A program made the position numbers and the translations under genes. Under the pieces are notes generated by a model. That model ran no database searches, was not told the DNA's origin, and saw only the letters and a list, made by a program, of their open reading frames with translations. From NCBI GenBank assembly GCA_000002445.1, contig CM000207.1, positions 544,001 to 608,000 on the forward strand: DNA of 64,000 bases, given 5' to 3'. Source of the stretch: Trypanosoma brucei (lineage: Eukaryota). Below are positions 52,668 through 61,900 of this stretch, one piece after another (within the stretch, counting starts at the first letter, position 1; each line of letters begins with the position of its first letter).

Positions 52668-53430
52668 GTAGACTCCCAGCTAATTTCCACTTGACAGCCA
52701 GCTGGAAGGCAAAAAAGTGGGAGGGTACTCTGAGCAGAAGCAAAGATTTAAGGTGGACATTGAAGGATTAAAAAAAAAAAATACTTACTTACCCGCGCTG
52801 AAAGGTGTAACGGCAACGTCACAAATTGTAGTTAGACATCTGGTACAGATATACAAGAAATGTAAGACATGAAGATACACATCAAAGAAGAGAACTGGCA
52901 AAACAAGAGCGGTGTCAGACACATTTAAAGCAGCCCCAACATCATATGTCGTTTGGCTCTCAGTCTACCACTGCAGCCGATAATTACATAAAAGAGAGAT
53001 ATCTTAGGAAGGAACGTTTTATTTCGTCCCACACTATCGGGGGCTCATACCACACTGTCGCCACACCACCTCAATGGGAAACAGCGTCCAGCGCACAGCG
53101 ACACCAATTCAACACTGAGGTATTACGATATTCAAGAAAAATTCAAATAAAATATCCAGACAGTCAACATTATTTATGGTTTTTTAATGATGGAAGGGAG
53201 TGACCATCGTTAAGAAAAAAGATGACCGTCAATCCTACACACAAATAATTAAGTAATTGTACATCGAAGCAGACAGTCGCAAATCATACATCAAGTAAAA
53301 CTCTCGTTTTTTTTCTCTGCGACGATGTACTTCGACAAGATAAATATGTCCATCAAAACTTCCTTCATCCCATAACTCCCCTTAGAACAGGACTCGAACA
53401 TGTCCACATGCGTTTTTATCACTATTAAAC

Positions 53431-53892
53431 TTAAATAGCAACCATGATACCTCTTTCGTGACGCAGTAAAGCCAGCTTATCATCCAATATCTGAGCAAAT
53501 CCCAATAAAGAAGGCTTCACCCCTGCGATGCGGTGGACAGGAACCAACCCAAAGAAACAGTTGTCACGCAGCGCCCTTTCAGCGACACCAACCTGGAACT
53601 TTCTGCAGAAATATCGGTATTCCTTCTGTGTTCCAGCTTCGATTTTAATTACTTCCCTCCATACTTCGCCGTAATTAAACGCATCCGGTGGCATGTGTAA
53701 CGGAATTGACCTTAAAATATTATTTATTTCTCTCCTTCTTTTTTCCAAACCTTCAAGGCTGTCGCCCGATGGTGCAAGTGGATAGTTGAAATAGCGCCAA
53801 ACCAACAACGCGGTCCGTTCATGAGGGATGTGCGGAACGCCACCTTCTTCCGCGCCTGCGTTTTCATGCAACTGAGGGAATGGCACCTCCAT
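53431..53892 (-). CDS. Hypothetical protein of about 154 aa.
   Basis: The ORF track extends to 54105. That extension encodes a Cys/Phe/Val-rich artefactual N-terminus derived from a T-rich polypyrimidine tract on the coding strand. The start was therefore re-set to the internal ATG at 53890-53892 (MEVPFPQLHENAG...). I recognised no domain. Confidence 0.45.
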   Translation of the reverse strand: MEVPFPQLHENAGAEEGGVPHIPHERTALLVWRYFNYPLAPSGDSLEGLEKRRREINNILRSIPLHMPPDAFNYGEVWREVIKIEAGTQKEYRYFCRKFQVGVAERALRDNCFFGLVPVHRIAGVKPSLLGFAQILDDKLALLRHERGIMVAI

Positions 53893-54706
53893 AAGAGCTG
53901 CGTTGGGGCAGACTTTACGAAGCCACTCATTAACGTCAAAACGAGAGCCTTCCCTGTAGCAACACAAAACAGCGCCGCTTTCACCAACAAAGAGAAAAAT
54001 ACAACGCTTCCACCATAAAAGGCGATAAACAAATACAGTACAACGAACAACATCACAAGAAAACACGCAGAAAACCATGATAAAGCAAAAAACCAAATAC
54101 AACAATTTATATGTACAATTAAACTAAAATATTGTGCTTATAAGCAAAACGCCTACTACAATTGACGGAAAAAAAAAGAAAAAAACCATAACAAATATAT
54201 AAAACAATAGAACACACAATACATAAGTAATACGGCTCAACACCCCATTCACACTTCATATGGAGTTTATGAACACCACTAATGATATATTCATGACAGT
54301 TAATAGTTGGAAATAGAAAATGCAATGGCATATGACTTACACTCAGTGCATTGATAATTCCAATAACTCTACATTTCATACGGCACCTCATACCACTCCT
54401 TCAAATGAATACAAACATCTCCCATGTTCGGGTTAAAATGTAACGCAATACGCTAAGGGGGATTACCTTCATTTGTGAAACTAATAATATCATCACACCA
54501 TCATATTACTGAAATGAAACTATTTTTTTGTACAAAACATCCTCAACGACAAAACGAATTATATAGTGCAACACTATTGTTAGTCAGCACACACATACAC
54601 AACACACAAGTAACAACATAAATATATTCCTTCCTTTTGTCTAACACACTAATAAGAAGAAAAATATGAGAAATAGTGAATTTGACAAGAGAACATGTAT
54701 ATATAC

Positions 54707-54727
54707 ATTTATTTATTTATTTATTCA
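54707..54727. repeat. (ATTT)n microsatellite.
   Basis: Read directly: catttatttatttatttattc. Confidence 0.85.
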
Positions 54728-55651
54728 TATACAGGTGATGAAGGGATTGACACAGTAACCCTCAGTATAATAACACAGCAACACGAAAGTAACATCGTAT
54801 CGCCATATTCCCTTACGATCAATATTAACAAAAACATATTATAAAACAAACACATGGAGGCCGTAACACCTGCCTGATTTATCCAAATACAACATATCAA
54901 CACATAATACGCTACGTCTGCACGATATATACATATACATATACTCGAACAAAGAAAAAATTGACACTTCACATAACTACTGATATGCGAATCATCACTT
55001 ACCGTCCGTACCATGTTACAGAAAAGAAAAAGGTTATTAATCAAAAAATAAAAAGAAAGGATATATAAAGTGATTACAAAGCTGACAATATAGAATATAT
55101 GCACAAGAAGGATCTACACACTTCACAATAATGCACAACATAAACACATACACAACGCATATAAGCATACAGCTAAGGGGGAAAAACATATAAGGATACA
55201 AACTCCATATAATTAGAGAAAGGTAGCAGAGAGAAAGCCTTAACACATAACTCAAGTATATTATATATGAAAGTTCAGCAGGTAAGTATTATTAATGAGA
55301 GAATAAGAAATGGAAGTGTATAGAGCAATACAAGGTAATATATATTCAAAATTAATGGAAATGAAACCAAATACTACTCATTAAGTGGTTCAACAATTTT
55401 CAAAATAAATAGTTGATTATTTCAAGAGAGTAACTGTAGTTGCTTCATGCAAACAGAAACATTTCACAAAGATTATAAAAACATTAAATACAAAAATATT
55501 ACGGTACAAAGGAAGGTACTTAAAGACATTGCGAAGAAATACAGTAGCAGAAAAAGACAATGTGACAATAGGGAAACATGACACACAACAGCACATCACT
55601 GCACACACCTCCATAAATTCTCATGCACATCATTAAACAAAAAGTATACAC

Positions 55652-56938
55652 TCACTCATCAGCTGCTGGAGTTTCCTGCTGATGGCTGGTAATGCTTAAA
55701 TGCTCCTCACCATTTGATGGTACCGCTGCCACTTCTGCTGCCTCCACATTAGATACGGGTGAGGTAACCTTTTCACGGAGAGACATTACAGTAATATACT
55801 TCTCATGACCTGCAAAACAGCAAAAGTATAAAAGAATAAGCAATACAGCAAGAAGAATAAATATTATAACAACAGCAGCACCGGCACCACCGCCACTTCC
55901 CTCACCATCGGAAGCTGTAGATGGCACAGTCTTATCTGATGCTTCATTACTTCCATTAGATATTTCATCAGCTATTGTATTTTCATCAGCTGTTGCATTT
56001 TCATCAGCTGTTGTATTTTCATCAGCTGTTGTATTTTCATCAGCTGTTGTATTTTCATCAGCTGTTGTATTTTCATCAACTGTTGTATTTTCATCAACTG
56101 TTGCATTTTCATCAACTGTTGTATTTTCATCAGCTGTTGTATTTTCATCAACTGTTGTATTTTCATCAACTGTTGTATTTTCATCAGCTGTTGTATTTTC
56201 GCTGTGAGGGGAAGCAGGTGGAAGCGGAGTTGGTACTGCAGAGGCTTCACAGAGAACCATGAAAAAGCGTGTACTTCTACCCCTAGTGTTCGTAAACATA
56301 GATATATTTCCAAAGTCGTCATCATCATCAAACCATGTGAAGCGACCAGAGGAATCCAGTTTAGCAATTACGTTTAATCTCCCGTACGCAGGATAATTTT
56401 CGAAAAAGGATGGGTAGTCATTCATACTACCAGCTCCTGTTACTTCATAGTAAGACCCACGCCAGAATGCAACACCATTATCGTCAGGAGTTGCCGGAGC
56501 AAACAATCCTGTGTTCCATCGATAGACACAATTTAATGATGAAGCGAGGTCACCTACTTTGCATCTGTCCTTTTCCTCATGTACTGAACTCGCACTGTAC
56601 TTGGCATCACCACCAAGGTAAGCATATAAATACCCCAATTCATTTTTCGGTTTTAATAGTTTATATATTAAACTGTTTGTGGCCTCAGAGTGGTCAGTAG
56701 CGAGGTTCATACCTTCAGCACGGCACACACGCTCAGAATTAACGTAATCCACATTATATACACCATTATTTTTAAACACTTCATGAGGATATATGGCGTA
56801 ACTCTTAGCTGCTGTAGTCACGGGACCCCCTCCAGAGCTGGCAGCCTGCAGTGGACGTAAAATACATTGCAATAACATCAGTATACCACACAGAGTTGTA
56901 ATCCGAGAGAAGTTTGATGGCACCATGCGGATTTCCAT
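55652..56938 (-). CDS. Type I membrane glycoprotein: signal peptide, C-type-lectin-like ectodomain, acidic ENTT[A/V]D hexapeptide repeat stalk, one TM helix and a short cytoplasmic tail.
   Basis: It is a 428-aa ORF with an ATG start. The N-terminal signal-like segment is LCGILMLLQCILRPLQAAS. CTLD-like landmarks are ERVCRAEGMNLATDHSEATNSLIYKLL, YLYAYLGG, CVYRWNTG, FWRG and the terminal RFFMVLCE (compare the ..FICE end of CTLDs). About 13 hexapeptide units span residues ~247-325. The TM helix is AAVVIIFILLAVLLILLYFCCFAG. Confidence 0.75.
   Translation of the reverse strand: MEIRMVPSNFSRITTLCGILMLLQCILRPLQAASSGGGPVTTAAKSYAIYPHEVFKNNGVYNVDYVNSERVCRAEGMNLATDHSEATNSLIYKLLKPKNELGYLYAYLGGDAKYSASSVHEEKDRCKVGDLASSLNCVYRWNTGLFAPATPDDNGVAFWRGSYYEVTGAGSMNDYPSFFENYPAYGRLNVIAKLDSSGRFTWFDDDDDFGNISMFTNTRGRSTRFFMVLCEASAVPTPLPPASPHSENTTADENTTVDENTTVDENTTADENTTVDENATVDENTTVDENTTADENTTADENTTADENTTADENATADENTIADEISNGSNEASDKTVPSTASDGEGSGGGAGAAVVIIFILLAVLLILLYFCCFAGHEKYITVMSLREKVTSPVSNVEAAEVAAVPSNGEEHLSITSHQQETPAADE
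55963..56200. repeat. 18-bp coding minisatellite, about 13 units (tttcatcagctgttgtat on the plus strand), with A/G and T/C variants.
   Basis: It is a direct perfect to near-perfect 18-nt periodicity inside the CDS 55652..56938. It encodes ENTTAD/ENTTVD/ENATVD/ENTIAD units. Confidence 0.9.
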
Positions 56939-58943
56939 GTTTACTGTTAAACTTGCTTGCTTATGAGTCTGTAGTTAATGTTGGGAAATCAAACAGATAT
57001 GAAAGGGTTAGTTAAAGGGGAAAGTCAAGGGACCGGGAAGTGAAGAAAGTAGTAATGGTTGTACAATCATAAAAGTGGTGCGCACACACATTGCGAAAAC
57101 TCAACATGAAAATAGTTCATCACTCATATTAGAAACTAGTAATTGGGAAGCAAATAACTGTCGTGGTGATAAATAAACTATCATTAAAAATACATGTTGC
57201 AGGTTGTGAGTAGTAAATTAAATAATGTGTGTTTGTGGGAATTGGCCTTCTTGCCAGGACGATAGAATACCACTCTTTCAGGCGAAGTTTGCAAGTACTG
57301 ACTGTGACGGTTGTCATTCTTTTATCCTATTTTTTTTCCTGCTGCAAATGTTGGTGTTTTTTTTTTCGCAGAGGGGGCATGATTGCTGGTAAATGGATCA
57401 AGTGGTGAGCGGGGCAACCTGTTTTAACGTTGCATTCTATGACATCTTGGTTGTAGTGCATTACTGTCTTTGTGTGTAGGCGTCCCTTGTCAATGTGTAA
57501 CCGAAAATAGTGTAATTTCATCGATATGGCACATGTAAGAAAGCGGTGTGTGCAAAACATCTGCGACGAAGATTCTGTACCAGTTCATTCCTCTGTTTTG
57601 TTTATATAGCGTCTTGTACGGCAGAGGTTAAAAGTGATACGGAGAGTCATGTACATGTGGCAGCATACGTACATTAGAGGCTATACTCCCGTCCTTTAGA
57701 ACCTTGCCAATAAGGTGCTCACTGCGCAAGTCGCTATACAACGGCTCATGATAATCGTGTCGCCGTGTTAAACCTTTCTGAGATTTACCGGCTTTTTATT
57801 TCTTAAGCCGCGAGCGGCTCCGTGTCAGTCCGCCTCTATCCAACATGTATACAAATACATGAATGAAAGATCGACCCCCCTTCCAATACCGCGCCGCCCC
57901 ACAACCTTTGGTGGAAGGAAGCGGGAAAGAAACGATTGGAATGTGTGGCGCTAAACGCACTAAAGACACCCGGGAAGGAACTTACCCTGCACTCCCCCTC
58001 ATTTACACCATGCGAAAGGGGGATAAAAAAGGACTGAGTAGTTTCTCGGGCAGCCAACAGTGTTGGAAAATTTATGAACACCAGCAGTCACTTATGGCGA
58101 GCCGCTGCTGCCGCCACAACTTCCACGGTGCAGAAGTTGCATTATTCGTATTCATCTGTCCTTAACAAAACATACTTCACTTCCACTTCCTTTCATCAAA
58201 AAAATGACAATGACAGAAAGGAAGGAAAGAAATGGCTACCGCTGCCTTTGCGGGATAGAGAGACGTTCGAAGCGCTGCACAGAGAGCACCTCTGAACCTT
58301 ATCACGAGGGTACAAAAAATGGATATTATTCATGCATCAAAGAGGGGCTCCTCACCAACACTCCCGGTCCTGATGGTTTATTTTTCAACTTAGAACTTAA
58401 ACGCTTAACGAGAACCTTAAAATTAAAAAATTTAAAAACTGTAGAGAAAAATAAAGAAGGGATACCAAGACCAAAACCTTTGTCCCTCACCCATGCGTCA
58501 CTCCCGCAGGTAAACAACGCAAAGTTTGAGCAGGCCTCACTCTGAAATGCCACCAACACCACATCTGTCAAGAGGGGGAAAAGGTAGCAGTAGAAGTAAA
58601 AAAGTGGGACCATCTAAAGGAATGGAAAAAAACAACTACATTAATGCCCCCGTTCACCCATTTGGGCCCAGTACACCTGTTATCTCCCATTGTATCCTTC
58701 CGCTGCAAATGTTTCCACGTCCAACTGCCACCGCGACGCACGCCCAATTTCGCGATGTGCGTGCGCTCCCCCACTTATCCACAAGCGAGACGCTCGCCGT
58801 CATTTCCCCAACTGATCTGTAATACCATTTAAAAAAAATTGGAAATGAAAGATAGTAACCAGCTCTTGACTTAGAGAGCTACCTCACCGAGATGTCATCA
58901 TGTACATGTACTCCAAGGCACACCCTTCCCATTGCAGCGGGTA

Positions 58944-61900
58944 TCAGGAACCCATCGCATACAGGACATCTTGGCCCGTAATGGATGAAAGATGTCCACA
59001 CAACCTCCGCGCCTGCTCCACAACGACGTCGTCGCGGTCCTCTGTAAGCTCCGCAACGGAAGGAAGCATTTCAGCCATGAGCCGCGCAGCCAATTCACCT
59101 CCACCGTCCTCGTAAATGCGATCAAGACACAACAGCGCCACACGCCGTACATGACGACTCGGGTGACGAAGCGAACGCAGCACTTCACGCTGAGTGTCGC
59201 TCTGCTGCTTGGAAGATGTCAATGAGAGGAACAGCGCACGGACAGCAGGGATGACACATTGCTCCGCGCGAAAGGCGTAGTCATGTGTGCTGTCGGCAAG
59301 GTACACGAGATTTGTGAGTTGCCGAACGACTGCAGGCATTACGGCGCTGAACACCTCGTGTGTTGCAAGGTAATTGTCCACCGGAATGCTATGATCATGG
59401 TGCGGTGGTGCTGTTTGGGCGGAAGCTATGATCCTGATGCTGTTGAGCGCACCTTCAAGCGTACGCGCTATGAGATCTGCCGCATGGCGCGCAGCATGTG
59501 TTGTAGATGAGCAGTAGCTCGCAAGGGTACCGACGATGTACGGCAGAAGAACAGGAAACGCAAAATCCATGATGGATCCCAACCTCTCCAGCAAATGGTT
59601 GCACAATGCATAGAAGAGAAGCCAACGATGCACAATCACACGGGGAACGGACGCTACGTCGTCCCTCTCCCGCACGTCCTCAGATTCTTTGCCTGCCGAC
59701 TCCTTTGCCTGCTGTTTCTCAGTCGATTTGACGAAGCCCTCCGCAGCTCCACCAAAGGCCCACTCAGCCATTGTGGATATGAAAGATGTACAGTGTTTGG
59801 CCTTAAACTTTAAAAAGAACATCGTGTATGCCTCGAGAACTGGCTGAACGGCATCTGGTGATGGAAGCGTCGGTGCACTGGCTAGCGTCTGCATCGATGA
59901 GAGCCAAAAGTTGTCACGAGCTGTGGTTCCTCCCACGAAGAGACTCAAATGTTTTAACTCCTCGCGGCCAAGGCTCGTCACCCGCCGTTGTATACTGGAG
60001 TAAAGCAGTGCTAGAGAGTGGGTGTCAACCCGCACGCGCAGAACCCTTTTTGATCGCTTCCCCGATTCATCTGCGGCCACCTCCTGTTCGACAATCCCCC
60101 GCACGCACTCGGCGGATGCCTCAATAAACAACTGCGGCTCAAGGGCAACCTCCAACATAGACATCACCTCCACACTAAGATAGTTAGTCTCCGTGTCATC
60201 GACGTTTTGCAAGTGTGTCGCGACGTAAATGATGCGGGAAAGGTATGGCTGACACATGAGCCAGGACGACGGAAAGGTACGAAGTAAGCAATTGAGAGAT
60301 GACTGACGAAGCACGGACCCCACTTCACCCCGTGAAACGGTAGGTGGGACACCCGCTGCTGCAAAAACGGCAGCATCCACTACGACTTGCAGTGTGACGT
60401 TACTATGCGGCACGGTGAAAGCAGTACCCATCACCTGGCTCACTGTGCCGAGCGCCGTCAAAAGAGCAGCTGCGGCAAACAGACAATCCTCCTTGGAGCC
60501 GTGCGTATGCTCTTCATCCTGATTACGACACGACCGAATAACACGGGGTAGTACAGAAACCATGCTGTCCACCCAACGATGAACTTCCTCCACGCGGGAA
60601 TGGTTGCCAAACAGTTTGTTAAGTCTGTCTTCCGTTACCCGAGCAGTACGGTTTACGTTTAGTAGAGCCGCCTCTGCGTGTTGACTACCACCACTAGCTA
60701 TAATACGAACAAGTTCCTCCATACATGCAACGCTGAGTGTCAGTAACCTCAAATTGTCTACCCTCTCGGCTTTTCCAACCTGCACCCCCGCCGCCGACAT
60801 CATCAACGCGAAAATATGAGAGAAGAGGGTGAAGGACCGCTTCGTCGCAAATGGTCTTGCCTTAAGGCGAACAACGTCTGTAAGGGTTAATCTGCTCTTG
60901 GGATCGCGTAGCTTCTGGCGCCCCCGTTCCACCTCCTCCTTCGTGAGGATCTGCTCAACAGTTGGCAAAGCGTTGTGCAAGCGGTCCAGCAGCATTTCCA
61001 GTCCCTTCAACTGCACCGCCGCACGGTGGTCTGTAAGAAGGTTCTTCATGCACAAAACAAATGTAGGTTCATTAATACCGGCAAGTACACAAGCCAGCGT
61101 GTTGCCAGCGAGGAGTTCCAACAGCATCACAAACGCCTTTTTTTCCCCGTACGCCGGGGCGCCCACAAACCCACCATCGGAATGTTGACTGGCAGCAGCG
61201 GTGCCGGCATCGTTTTCTGTGGCTGTGTTGAGCTCCGTGTAGTATGCAAACAGTTTGAGAGAGGCAACAAGGAGTGCCATGCACTCGTTGCTTTTGTCGA
61301 TTCCCTCAAACAAGGAGCTCTCCCCATATTTGGTCCCACTGGTATCGTCCCTTTGTACACCACCATCAGCATGTGCTGTGTCCAAACAAAGCACCGCGGT
61401 GCTGTGCTGGAGCGCCACAAACCCGGCGAGGAACTCCTCTGATTTAATCGTGTCGTTGATGAGGTACATAATCTCCTCCTGTCGATTTACCACTTGATTG
61501 GGTTTCAATAGCTTCCGAAACAGCCGCTTCATAGTGTAATCATCATCATTTTCAGAACACCCGACGTCACCTGTGTCCATACCTTCGACCTTTCCTCTCC
61601 GATTACCACCAACCTTTGGCGACGATAGGGAAAGTTGTTTGTGCGGATCAACAAGCAGCTCCATCATACCCGTGAGACAAAGCAGCTGTGTTTGCACATC
61701 AAAACTAACTAAGAGATGGCGGCATACCTCCATGGCACTGGTGTAGTTGTGTTTTCCAGACTCGAAGTTTACCGACTCCAGACGGATGAGAAGGGCGACG
61801 ACCGGTATATGCAGCGCAACCCTTCCACCAACAGAAAAATCATTGGAATGCATTGGTGTAACAGCGGGGGTAAAAAGCGGCGAAACGATCCTTAGCAACT

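Noticed and set aside
53893-54105. An N-terminal extension of ORF 53431..54105 (MLYLVFCFIMVFCVFSCDVV...).
   Set aside because: It is encoded by a T-rich polypyrimidine tract on the coding strand and gives a Cys/Phe/Val-rich nonsense peptide. The start was re-set to the ATG at 53892.
55963-56200. The regular 18-bp direct repeats, considered as a possible CRISPR-like array or satellite.
   Set aside because: There are no spacers. The units are contiguous and in frame within a CDS, which makes this a coding minisatellite. The window is eukaryotic.
56939-58943. Short ORFs in the 2-kb spacer between the lectin-like gene and the UTP10-like gene (57327..57560 -, 57836..58081 -, 58326..58613 -, 58204..58545 +).
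   Set aside because: They are 77-113 aa with low-complexity or random-looking peptides and no motifs. The spacer length is normal for trypanosome UTRs. A small gene cannot be fully excluded without expression data.
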